DNA from: Terriglobia bacterium
Lineage (GTDB): Bacteria > Acidobacteriota > Vicinamibacteria > Vicinamibacterales > CAVVIG01
Assembly: GCA_020073005.1 (NCBI GenBank)
Contig: JAIQFX010000047.1
Location: forward strand, 4,080-68,079
Direction: 5' to 3'
DNA: 64,000 nt
In this document: positions 1 to 8,525 of the stretch, piece after piece
How the letters are laid out: each line of letters opens with the position of its first letter
How positions within the stretch are numbered: position 1 is the first letter of the stretch
The notes under the pieces: generated by a model
The model's input: the letters and a program-made list of their open reading frames with translations, nothing else
Told to the model about the DNA's origin: nothing
Database searches by the model: none
Program-made: the position numbers and the translations under genes

Positions 1-1559
1 AGACCGAAATACTGAAACGGACAGAGCAGCCCGCGTTCAAGCGCGTCCCAGAGCCGCAGTTCGACCGCGATGTGGTTGTCGAAGTAATGAAGAATGTCGT
101 CGGCATCGGTCCGTTCCGGAGTGGCGGTCAGGCCCAACAGGATTCTTGGTGGCTTTCCAGCAGTGCGAGCCGTATCCCTCTCGAAGAGATGTTCAAGCAA
201 TCGGCGATACGTTGGGGCCGCTGCGTGGTGAAACTCATCCACGATCACGACATCGAACGCTGAGGGGTCGAGTCGTATCAGATCCACTTGGTCCAGCGAC
301 TGAATGGAGGCAAACACGTGTCGCCACGCGTCCGGTCGGTGGCCGTCGACGTAGAGTTCGCCGAAGTCGCCAGACCGCAGCACCTGACGAAATGCGCTCA
401 GACTCTGCTTCAGGATCTCTTGCCGATGTGCGATGAACAGCAAACTGAGGTCACCGTGCTGTTCGCAAAGGCGCTTGTAGTCCAACGCTGCCACGATCGT
501 CTTGCCCGTGCCAGTCGCTGCGACCACGAGATTCTTGAACCGATGATGACGCTCGCGCTCGACCGCGAGCTTTTCGAGCATCTCGCGCTGGTGCGGCCAA
601 GGCTCGACATCCAGGAAGAGGAGTGGCGCGTCCAGCGTCTCGCCTTGCTCCGGCGCAACCGCTCGATCGAAGCGAGAGGCGTCGCGGGCAGGGTCATACG
701 ACTCGTACTCCGGGCTTTCCCAGTACGTGCCGAACGTCGCATCGAATTTGTCGAGGATGTCTGGCGAGCCAACCTGCGAGAGTCGTACGTTCCATTCAAC
801 ACCGTCGACGAGTGCAGCCTTCGACAGATTCGATGAACCGATGTAAGCAGTGGAGTATCCCGTGTCGCGCCGGAAGAGCCATGCCTTCGCATGCAGGCGC
901 GTGGACTGCGTGTCGTACGACACTTTAACTTGCGCCCCACACTTCACTAACCAGTCGAGTGCCTTTCGCTCAGTTGAGCCCGTGAAGACCGTTGTAATGA
1001 CGCGGAGCGGCTTGCCCGCCCTGCAATGTGCCTCAAGCTGGTCCTTGAGTAGCCGGAGTCCATGCCAGCGAACAAATGCGCAGAGAAGATCGATGGAATC
1101 GGCGGATGGAATCTCGTGCGCGAGTGCGTGGGCCAGCCCGGGTTCCCCGCGTGCATTGACCAACAAGTCTGATGCGGACAGTGCAACCAGTGGCGCGACG
1201 ACGTCCCGGTCGTCGTTCGGCATTCCGCTGATCGGCTGAATCGCTGTGAGTTGTTCAGGCGGGCTGCAGACAGAATCGCCTTGGAGGTCCGCGTCCTTGC
1301 CGTTGGTGGCAAGCAATCGGATGACTTCATTGATCACCTGCGACTGCTTCTCGACACGACCTTCCGCAGGGAGGTCACCTAACACACGCGCGATGACTTC
1401 TTCGATATGGCGAGCCAGAGTAGCATGCGCTTCGGCGGGATCAAGGTTCTCAGTGACGACGCGGGCCTTTGCCGGGTCGAAGCCGAGAAGCCGTGCCTTC
1501 AGGCGAGTCGTTATGAGGCGTTCATAAAGCCCGAAAGGAAGATCGTCTTGGTCAGCCAT
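1..1559 (-). CDS. HKD/PLD-family nuclease domain fused to an SF2 DEAD/DEAH (type III restriction res-like) helicase. Partial: the 3' end runs off the window.
   Basis: Absent from the ORF track because there is no stop in the window. My minus-strand translation from the ATG at 1559-1557 reads MADQDDLPFGLYERLITTRLKARLLGFDP... It has the HKD motif 'TRLHAKAWLF..GSSNLS', Walker A 'VAATGTGKT', DEAH box 'VIVDEFHH' and 'GLTATPER'. The ATG directly abuts the TAG (1560-1562) of the upstream small ORF. Confidence 0.85.
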   Translation of the reverse strand, partial: MADQDDLPFGLYERLITTRLKARLLGFDPAKARVVTENLDPAEAHATLARHIEEVIARVLGDLPAEGRVEKQSQVINEVIRLLATNGKDADLQGDSVCSPPEQLTAIQPISGMPNDDRDVVAPLVALSASDLLVNARGEPGLAHALAHEIPSADSIDLLCAFVRWHGLRLLKDQLEAHCRAGKPLRVITTVFTGSTERKALDWLVKCGAQVKVSYDTQSTRLHAKAWLFRRDTGYSTAYIGSSNLSKAALVDGVEWNVRLSQVGSPDILDKFDATFGTYWESPEYESYDPARDASRFDRAVAPEQGETLDAPLLFLDVEPWPHQREMLEKLAVERERHHRFKNLVVAATGTGKTIVAALDYKRLCEQHGDLSLLFIAHRQEILKQSLSAFRQVLRSGDFGELYVDGHRPDAWRHVFASIQSLDQVDLIRLDPSAFDVVIVDEFHHAAAPTYRRLLEHLFERDTARTAGKPPRILLGLTATPERTDADDILHYFDNHIAVELRLWDALERGLLCPFQYFG

Positions 1560-1793
1560 CTAGATGACGCCAGATGCGCTACGCCACTCAAGATCGTACT
1601 TCTCGGCTAGCCAACGGACGAACTCCATGGGGCTCTCCGAAGCATCGAAGGCTGCTTCGAGCGGCCAGCGGTCGCCGCAGAGATCACGCCATCCACAGGC
1701 GAGATGTGCTCGACAAAGCGCGTCCACGGTTAATGCCCATTCATTAAAGTTATTCATGTCCATGGCCTTGGCCTCCGGATCGGGCGTCGTCAT
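1560..1793 (-). CDS. Small hypothetical protein (77 aa, or 67 aa from the internal Met at 1763), probably co-transcribed with the PLD-helicase.
   Basis: Track ORF MTTPDPEAKAMDMNNFNEWALTVDALCRAHL... has protein-like composition. A GGAGG lies about 9 nt upstream of the internal ATG (MDMNNF...). Its stop is adjacent to the start of the next gene. I recognise no family. Confidence 0.55.
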   Translation of the reverse strand: MTTPDPEAKAMDMNNFNEWALTVDALCRAHLACGWRDLCGDRWPLEAAFDASESPMEFVRWLAEKYDLEWRSASGVI

Positions 1794-1927
1794 CCTACCG
1801 CAGGAGTATTCACTGCGAATGCGTTCTCAACATCGCGACCAAGAAACTGTCACCGCCCAAATGTGGTTCTTGGGTGTATAACGGTGCCCATCCGGCGAGT
1901 ACAAACACTGCCAACACGGAGTTCACG

Positions 1928-4417
1928 ATGCCCAAACTGATTCGACGCTCGATTCCTGCGGTCGCGGCGATGGCGATTGGTCTCGTCTGGTGGACTGCTG
2001 GCGCGCGCGGGCAGTCGGCGGGCATGCCCAGCACGAAGAACGGTGACTGGACCCACTACACCGCCGACGTGCGCGGGTCGAAGTACTCGCCGCTGGCGCA
2101 GGTCGACGCGACTAATTTCAATAAGCTCGAGGTCGCTTGGCGCTTCAAGACGGACAACCTCGGCACGCGCCCGGAGTTCAAACTGGAAGGCACGCCGCTC
2201 GCCATCCGCGGCACGCTCTACGTGACCGCCGGCACGCGCCGCTCCGTCGTCGCGCTCGACGGGAAAACGGGCGAGCTCATCTGGTCCCACAGCTACCGCG
2301 AAGGCAACCGCGCCGCGATCGCGCCGCGGCAGCTCTCCGGACGCGGCGTCTCCTACTGGACCGACGGTAAAGGCGACGAACGCATCCTCTACGTGACGAC
2401 GGGCTACCGGCTCATCGCGCTGAACGCCAAGAACGGCTCGATGATCAGTTCGTTTGGAGACGGCGGCGTGGTCGATCTCAAGAAAGGCGCGGTCTTCGGC
2501 AAGGGACAGCAGATCGATCTGGAAACGGGCGAGATCGGATTGCACGCGACGGCGACGGTCGCGAAAGACGTCGTGCTCATCGGATCATCGTTTAAAGAGG
2601 GTACCCAGGTCGTCACGCACAACAACACGAAAGGCCTCGTCCGCGCCTTCGACGTCCGCACGGGCAAAATGCTCTGGACCTTCAACACGATCCCGCGCCC
2701 GGGCGAGTTCGGCAACGACACGTGGGAAAACGAATCGTGGGCCGTCAACGGCAACACGGGCGTCTGGACGCAGATCACGGTCGACGAAGAAGCCGGCCTC
2801 GTCTATCTGCCGGTCGAAGATCCCACATCAGATCAGTACGGCGGCCATCGCCCCGGCAACAATCTCTTCGGCGACTCGCTCGTCTGCGTCGATCTGAAAA
2901 CGGGCCAGCGCAAGTGGCACTTCCAGGTCGCGCACCATCCGATCTGGGACTACGACCTCTCGTCCTGGGCGATCCTCGCGGACATCACGGTCAACGGCAA
3001 AGCGATCAAAGCCGTCGCGCTGCCGAGCAAGGAATCATTCCTCTACGTCTTCGATCGCATCACGGGTCAGCCAGTGTGGCCGATCGAAGAGCGGCCGGTT
3101 CCACAGTCCGACGTCCCCGGCGAGAAGACATCGCCGACGCAGCCGTTCCCGACGAAGCCGCCGGCCTACGCGCGCCAGGCGATCACGGAAGACGATCTGA
3201 TCAACTTCACGCCGGAGCTGCGCGCGCAAGGGCTCACGGTCGCGCATCAGTACCGCATGGGACCGATGTTCCTGCCCGCGGTGCTCAGCAAAGTCGGCGG
3301 ACCGCTCGGCGCGCTGACGATCGGCACGCTCGGCGGCGGCACGAACTGGCCCGGCGGCTCGTACGATCCGGAAACGCACACGGTCTACGCGTCGGCGGCC
3401 AACGCCGGCGTCTCGCCGCTCGGCCTCGTCGAACCGCCGCCGGGATTCTCGGACATCAAATATGTCGCGGGCGTCGCCGGACGCGAGTTCCGCATCAACG
3501 AAGGACCGGGCTTCGGCACGGCAGCGGAAGCGCCGAAGGTCAGCGTCAGCCAGCAGCGGTTGCAGCGACTTGGTATTGCGCCGGCCACGCCGGAAGCGGC
3601 GCCGGCTGGACGCGGCGCCGCGCCGGCAGCTGGAGCTCCGCCCGCAGGTGGCGCCGGCGGCGGCACGACCGTGCAAGGACTGCCGCTCGTCAAGCCGCCG
3701 TACGGCGTCCTCTCCGCGATCAATCTCGATCGCGGCGATCTGATCTTCCAGGTCCCGCACGGCGACACGCCGGACGTCGTCCGCAATCACCCCGCGCTGC
3801 GCGGCATGAACATTCCGAAGACGGGGCAGCAGGGCAGCGTCGGACAGCTGGTGACGAAGACGCTCGTGGTCCTCGGCGACCCGCAGATCACGACGACGCC
3901 CGAGCATCCGCGCGGAGCGATGCTGAGGGCGTACGACAAGGCGAACGGGAATCAGGTCGGCGCGGTGTGGATGCCGGCGCCGCAGAGTGGATCGCCGATG
4001 ACCTACTCCGCCGATGCCGGCGTCGGAGACGCGCACGACAGGCGGCGGCGGGCGTTAACCGAAGGACTGAAGGACAGACGACGATTAACCACGGAGGACA
4101 CGGAGGATAGGAAGGGTGGGACCGCACAGATGGCCGTGTGCGGGTGGCCGCGAACGGGCGCCCGCTCGTGGGCGCAGGCGAGGCCATCGAAGTCGCCATT
4201 CGCCGAGCACACGAGGGGGTTGTTCGCGGACAGGACCCGAGATCGGCGAATCGTGGAGGCCGCGCGAAGGATCACAGAGAACACGGCATCAGCCGTGTCC
4301 TCCGTGTCCTCCGTGTCCTCCGTGGTTTCTCTTCGTTCTTATCGCGCCGCGGTCGACTTCGGCGCGGGCTTCATCGTGATCTTCTGCACGCGCCAGTTCT
4401 GCGCCTCGCCCGCGTAG
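1928..4417 (+). CDS. PQQ-dependent dehydrogenase (8-bladed beta-propeller, glucose/quinate/alcohol dehydrogenase superfamily), secreted. The ORF's last ~130 codons are not protein-like, so the 3' end is aberrant.
   Basis: Track ORF 1874..4417, with the likely start at MPKLIRRSIPAVAAMAIGLVWW (signal/anchor). Propeller signatures are repeated, e.g. 'ALDGKTGELIWS', 'AFDVRTGKMLWTF', 'CVDLKTGQRKWHF' and a late 'PMTYS'. After about 4015 the frame reads through a repeat element (see findings). Confidence 0.85.
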   Translation: MPKLIRRSIPAVAAMAIGLVWWTAGARGQSAGMPSTKNGDWTHYTADVRGSKYSPLAQVDATNFNKLEVAWRFKTDNLGTRPEFKLEGTPLAIRGTLYVTAGTRRSVVALDGKTGELIWSHSYREGNRAAIAPRQLSGRGVSYWTDGKGDERILYVTTGYRLIALNAKNGSMISSFGDGGVVDLKKGAVFGKGQQIDLETGEIGLHATATVAKDVVLIGSSFKEGTQVVTHNNTKGLVRAFDVRTGKMLWTFNTIPRPGEFGNDTWENESWAVNGNTGVWTQITVDEEAGLVYLPVEDPTSDQYGGHRPGNNLFGDSLVCVDLKTGQRKWHFQVAHHPIWDYDLSSWAILADITVNGKAIKAVALPSKESFLYVFDRITGQPVWPIEERPVPQSDVPGEKTSPTQPFPTKPPAYARQAITEDDLINFTPELRAQGLTVAHQYRMGPMFLPAVLSKVGGPLGALTIGTLGGGTNWPGGSYDPETHTVYASAANAGVSPLGLVEPPPGFSDIKYVAGVAGREFRINEGPGFGTAAEAPKVSVSQQRLQRLGIAPATPEAAPAGRGAAPAAGAPPAGGAGGGTTVQGLPLVKPPYGVLSAINLDRGDLIFQVPHGDTPDVVRNHPALRGMNIPKTGQQGSVGQLVTKTLVVLGDPQITTTPEHPRGAMLRAYDKANGNQVGAVWMPAPQSGSPMTYSADAGVGDAHDRRRRALTEGLKDRRRLTTEDTEDRKGGTAQMAVCGWPRTGARSWAQARPSKSPFAEHTRGLFADRTRDRRIVEAARRITENTASAVSSVSSVSSVVSLRSYRAAVDFGAGFIVIFCTRQFCASPA
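4089..4325. repeat. Long-range inverted repeat (palindromic element). The arms are built from a 9-bp unit and enclose copy 1 of the 110-bp repeat.
   Basis: The left arm ccacggaggacacggagga (4089-4107) is the reverse complement of tcctccgtgtcctccgtgg within 4293-4325. The right arm carries cgtgtcctc in 3 tandem copies. Confidence 0.8.
4142..4251. repeat. 110-bp direct repeat, copy 1, GC-rich with internal hairpins.
   Basis: gggtggccgcgaacgggcgcccgctcgtgggcgcaggcgaggccatcgaagtcgccattcgccgagcacacgaggggg... recurs at 5632-5741 with about 3 mismatches. It is visible in the track as the shared peptide GWPRTGARSWAQARPSKSPFAEHTRGLFADRTRDR in two unrelated ORFs. Confidence 0.9.
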
Positions 4418-5493
4418 ATCTCGTTCTCGCTGACGCAGTGCATCTGGTGGACCCAGTAGAACTGCCCGACCTTCTTGCCGATCGTGCCGAACCAGCCGAG
4501 CAGGTGCCCCTCGAGATCTTCCTTGTAGATCTTGCCGCCCGCGTCCGAGCTGTAGAGGAACTGCTGGCCCTGCGCGTTGGGCGGCGTGATGCACATGGCC
4601 CACGGCGCGCGAACGTTGCTAATAATTCGAATCGGGTTCAGATCCGGATCGAAGACCTGAATGCGCTGGTTGCCGCGGTCGCCGACGTAGATGTTGCCCT
4701 TGGCGTCGTTGGCGATCGTGTGCGGCGTGTTGAACTGGCCCGGCGCGTTGCCGCGCGTGCCGATGGACTTCACGAAGTCGCCGTCCTTGGTGAACTTCGC
4801 GACGCGTGAGTTGGTGTAGCCGTCGGAGACGAAGATGTCGCCTTGAAGATCGAACGCGACGTCCGTGGGACGGCCGAAGCTGCCGCCGCGCCCGCCGCCC
4901 GAGCCGGGCCCGGTCAGCACGGCCGGATCGTTCTTGCGGCCTTCTTCGAGAAACCGCTCCATGTAATCCACCGCTTCGTCCTTGCGGCCGAGCACCATCG
5001 TGACGAGTCCCTGCGGGTTGAACTTCATCACCATGTTCGAGCCTTCATCGATGACGAAGAGGTTGTCGTCCTTGTCGAACCGGATGGCGTGCGCGAACGA
5101 GAAGCCGTACGCGTTCTGGCCCCACTCCTTGACGAACTTGCCGGTCTCGTCGAACTCGAAGAGCTCCGCCGCCTGCGCGCCGCGCGCCGGCCCGACGTTG
5201 CCGCTGCGCGTGTAGACGAAGAGATGCTTCTTGGAATTGAGCGCGACGCCGACGGTCTCGCCGATCGTGTGTCCGGCCGGCATCAGCGGGAGCGACACGG
5301 CGTCGTACGGAATCTGCGGCGTGTTCTTCTCGAGCTCGGCCTGCGCTGCCGCGGCGGCCTGCTGCTCTGGGGACATTCCACGCCCGCCGCGTCCGCCGCC
5401 ACCCTGCCCCGGCGCTCCAGCCGGCGCCCCGTCACGCTGCGCGTAGGCCGCGACGCCGAACAGCACGACCAACATCAATACAAAACGTTTCAC
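4339..5493 (-). CDS. Secreted NHL-repeat beta-propeller protein.
   Basis: Track ORF 4339..5520. AGGAGGAGG lies 6 nt upstream of the GTG at 5493 (VKRFVLMLVVLFGVAAYAQ, a signal peptide). NHL-like repeats include 'FGRPTDVAFDLQGDIFVSDGYTNSRVAKF', 'FNTPHTIANDAKGNIYVGDRGNQRIQVF'. Confidence 0.85.
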   Translation of the reverse strand: MKRFVLMLVVLFGVAAYAQRDGAPAGAPGQGGGGRGGRGMSPEQQAAAAAQAELEKNTPQIPYDAVSLPLMPAGHTIGETVGVALNSKKHLFVYTRSGNVGPARGAQAAELFEFDETGKFVKEWGQNAYGFSFAHAIRFDKDDNLFVIDEGSNMVMKFNPQGLVTMVLGRKDEAVDYMERFLEEGRKNDPAVLTGPGSGGGRGGSFGRPTDVAFDLQGDIFVSDGYTNSRVAKFTKDGDFVKSIGTRGNAPGQFNTPHTIANDAKGNIYVGDRGNQRIQVFDPDLNPIRIISNVRAPWAMCITPPNAQGQQFLYSSDAGGKIYKEDLEGHLLGWFGTIGKKVGQFYWVHQMHCVSENEIYAGEAQNWRVQKITMKPAPKSTAAR

Positions 5494-5631
5494 GGGATCC
5501 TCCTCCTGCAAACGCGTCACGCGCGATTTGACCTTGGCATCAATCGCGGCGTGCAGTATACATTGCGGCAGTCACGAACGAGACGATGGTGGTCCGGAAA
5601 CTCTGCGCGCGCTGAGGGATTAGCCGCGCAC

Positions 5632-5741
5632 GGGTGGCCGCGAACGGGCGCCCGCTCGTGGGCGCAGGCGAGGCCATCGAAGTCGCCATTCGCCGAGCAC
5701 ACGAGGGGGCTGTTCGCGGACAGGACCCGCGATCGGCTAAT
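5632..5741. repeat. 110-bp direct repeat, copy 2, closed by a short inverted pair (gattagccg 5618-5626 / cggctaat 5734-5741).
   Basis: About 97% identical to 4142-4251 and in the same orientation. It lies between the NHL gene start (5493) and the hydrolase start (5780). Confidence 0.9.
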
Positions 5742-5779
5742 TCAAACGCCAGGCACATTTAAGCTGATGGAGACAAGTC

Positions 5780-6676
5780 ATGACAGATGAAAAGCGTCCG
5801 GAAGACAAGAACGAATCGGCGACCGATCTGTCGCGCCGCGACTTCGTCGCGCTGACCCTCGCCGCCGGCCTCGCCGCGGCGACCGACAACATCGTCTCAG
5901 CAGCGGAGATGCCAGTGCAGGTGACAAACGTTAACGTCAAGACGCCGGACGGCACGTGCGACGCGGCGTTCATCCATCCGACGACCGGATCGCATCCCGG
6001 CGTGATCATCTGGGCGGACGCGTTCGGGCTGCGCCCCGCGATGGTGGATATCGGCAAGCGCATCGCCGCCGAGGGCTACTCGGTCCTCGTGCCGAATCCG
6101 TACTACCGCATGACGAAGGCGCCCGGCATCGACATGAACGGCTTCAGCTTCTCGAACCAGGCGGACATGGCGAAGCTGCGGCCGCTGATGGGCAGCATCG
6201 GCGCGGCGGGCGCGGCCGAGAAAGATGCCGTCGCGTTCGTCGCGTTCCTCGACGCGCAGAAGCAGGTCAACACGTCGAAGAAGATCGGCACGCAGGGCTA
6301 CTGCATGGGCGGCCCGCTCGTGTTCCGGACGCTGGCGGCCGTGCCGAACCGCATGGGCGCCGGCGGATCGTTCCACGGCGGCGGCCTCGTCACCGATCAG
6401 CCGTCGAGTCCGCACCTGCTCATTCCGAAGATGAAGGCGCGGCTCTACGTCGGCATCGCGGCCAACGACGATCAGCGGCAGCCGGACGCGAAAGACAAGT
6501 TGAAGGACGCGTTCGCCGCCGCGAACGTGCCGGCCGAGATCGAGGTCTACAAGAGCCTGCACGGCTGGTGCGTGCCGGACATGCCGGCGCCCGCCGACGC
6601 GCCGATCTACAACAAGCCCGACGCCGAGAAGGCGTGGGGGAAGCTCGTCGCGCTCTACAAGGCCGCGCTGGCCTGA
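5780..6676 (+). CDS. Dienelactone hydrolase family protein with a twin-arginine (Tat) signal.
   Basis: 'SRRDFVALTLAAGLAAA' is a Tat motif. The nucleophile elbow 'GYCMGG' and a C-terminal 'LHGW' His are present. Length and order match the DLH fold. Confidence 0.85.
   Translation: MTDEKRPEDKNESATDLSRRDFVALTLAAGLAAATDNIVSAAEMPVQVTNVNVKTPDGTCDAAFIHPTTGSHPGVIIWADAFGLRPAMVDIGKRIAAEGYSVLVPNPYYRMTKAPGIDMNGFSFSNQADMAKLRPLMGSIGAAGAAEKDAVAFVAFLDAQKQVNTSKKIGTQGYCMGGPLVFRTLAAVPNRMGAGGSFHGGGLVTDQPSSPHLLIPKMKARLYVGIAANDDQRQPDAKDKLKDAFAAANVPAEIEVYKSLHGWCVPDMPAPADAPIYNKPDAEKAWGKLVALYKAALA
6596..6627 (+). repeat. Left copy of a 32-bp imperfect direct repeat, inside the hydrolase 3' end.
   Basis: gacgcgccgatctacaaCAagcccgacgccga (encodes DAPIYNKPDAE) matches 10079-10110 at 30/32 positions. 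Confidence 0.75.
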
Positions 6677-6689
6677 GACCGGGCGGCGG

Positions 6690-8345
6690 TCACTTGTGGC
6701 CCACGGTGACCGCCAGCGCCCTCTGCACCATTTCCAGGTGCTTCCGCATGACGTCGTTCTTCGCGTCGGCGTCGCACGCCTGCTTGATCAGATCGCGCGC
6801 TTCCTGATACCGCCCGAGCTTGTACAGGATCCAGCCCTTCGTGTCCTTGTACTCCGCCGTCGATGAGGGATCTTTCTCCAGCTCGAGCGCGCGACTGACC
6901 AGGGTCAACGCCTCGTCGAGCTTCATGCCCTGTTCGGCGTAGACGTACGCGAGGTTGTTCATCGCGAGGGCGGCGCCCGGGTCGAGGGTCAAGGCAGCGC
7001 GATACTCTTCGATCGCCTCGTCGGCCCGGCCCATCCGGCCGAAGCACCACCCCAATCGAAAATGCGCATCTGACTTCCACGTGCCGCTGTTCTTGCCGCC
7101 CAGGTACCGCTGGAAATCTCCGACGGCTTTGCCGCACTGTTCCGTCTGGTAGTACGAGAACCCGCGGATGAAATACGTGTCGCTGTCCCTGATCCCGTCC
7201 GGCGCCTTGTCGAAGAAGCGCGACGCCGACTCGTAGTCGCGCAGCTTCACGAATTCGTTGGCTAGCTGGACGTACTGTTCCGCCGGAATCCTCACCCCGC
7301 CCCTGGCGATCTCTTCCGTGGCGCGACCGAGGTTGTGCACGAGCAATTGCCGGTCGTAGTTCCTCTCGGCCGAGACGGCGAGGCTGTCCCTGATGAATTT
7401 CAGCGACCTCTCTCTGTAGTCGACCAGGAGATCGTAGGCGACCAATTGCACCTTGAGATCCGGACTGCCGAGCCGCTCACGAAGCACCCGACCGACGGAG
7501 GGTTCGTAGTCCCCTTTGCTGTCGAAGACGCCGGGGACTGTACTCGGGTACGGAGGGGCGGCCGCGAACGCGACGGCGAACGGACGGAAGATCTCGAACG
7601 GCGAGTGGTGCACGATCGCCCTGCTGATCGGCCTGGCGTCCCACGGAATGTCGATGCGTTTTCCCTGCTGGAGGAGATACAGCGCGCCGAGCGCCTTGAT
7701 GCGATCGCCGGTCGGCGGGTCGTACACGATCTGGATCGAGCGCGGGTAGTGCAGCGCGTCCAGGTTCAGCGTGAACGTCTGCGTGAGCGTCTGCGTTTCC
7801 AGAAGGTTCGGCGTCAGATTGACCGGCAGCGCCTTCGTCGAGGCGTTCAGAATCTTGTACTGATGCTGAAAGCTGAGCACGATGGCTTTCATGGCGTCGC
7901 CTTCACGCGGCAGCACGACCCAATCCAGGCTGTAGCGGCCGTCGCCGAGCGTCTGCTCGTCGCCGCGCTTGCTTTCGTATAGCTCGAGATCGTGCGCCGC
8001 CGTGCTGATCTGCTGCCTGATGAACGGCCGGTCGCCCGGCTGTTTGGGCTCGGTCTCCTGCGCCGTCAGGTTGATCACCGATCCGTGCACGTGCGCGCTC
8101 GAACCGTAGAAGAACGTCGCATACACCCACACGATGGATGACGCGATGATCAGCGCGTAGCTGGCGGCCACCGACGTGGCGTGGCAGCGGCGAAAATAGT
8201 CGTGGTCCACCTTCTGAGCCGTATCGAGGTTCTTCTTCGCCCGCCACTGCACGTAGAACAGCACGATGATGGTCAGCGCGTAGACGCCGTGAGCCGCGAG
8301 CAGCTGGGTCGCCAGGGTCGCGTCGCTGATTGGGCTGTGTGTCAT
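6690..8345 (-). CDS. Membrane-anchored (2 predicted TM) protein with an unknown central domain and C-terminal TPR repeats.
   Basis: Track ORF 6690..8918, but its first 191 codons overlap the divergent gene and are Arg-rich. The likely start is MTHSPISDATLATQLLAAHGVYALTIIVLFYVQW at 8345, with GGAGGGAG about 7 nt upstream. TPR-like repeats include 'AHFRLGWCFGRMGRADEAIEEYRAALTLDP' and 'AMNNLAYVYAEQGMKLDEAL'. Confidence 0.75.
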   Translation of the reverse strand: MTHSPISDATLATQLLAAHGVYALTIIVLFYVQWRAKKNLDTAQKVDHDYFRRCHATSVAASYALIIASSIVWVYATFFYGSSAHVHGSVINLTAQETEPKQPGDRPFIRQQISTAAHDLELYESKRGDEQTLGDGRYSLDWVVLPREGDAMKAIVLSFQHQYKILNASTKALPVNLTPNLLETQTLTQTFTLNLDALHYPRSIQIVYDPPTGDRIKALGALYLLQQGKRIDIPWDARPISRAIVHHSPFEIFRPFAVAFAAAPPYPSTVPGVFDSKGDYEPSVGRVLRERLGSPDLKVQLVAYDLLVDYRERSLKFIRDSLAVSAERNYDRQLLVHNLGRATEEIARGGVRIPAEQYVQLANEFVKLRDYESASRFFDKAPDGIRDSDTYFIRGFSYYQTEQCGKAVGDFQRYLGGKNSGTWKSDAHFRLGWCFGRMGRADEAIEEYRAALTLDPGAALAMNNLAYVYAEQGMKLDEALTLVSRALELEKDPSSTAEYKDTKGWILYKLGRYQEARDLIKQACDADAKNDVMRKHLEMVQRALAVTVGHK

Positions 8346-8525
8346 GGCTCCGCTCCCTCCGGCCAATAAGGAGTCCAGGCCGATACTCCCAGGCCCTGTA
8401 CAGATCACAACGAAATACGGCGCCATGTCGTACAGGCGTGCCTGACGCCTGTACGGTTTTCGTCGCCCCGTCGTTATAGCAACCGAAGCGCGGCCTATCT
8501 CGCTCATAGCGCTTGGAGGACGTCC

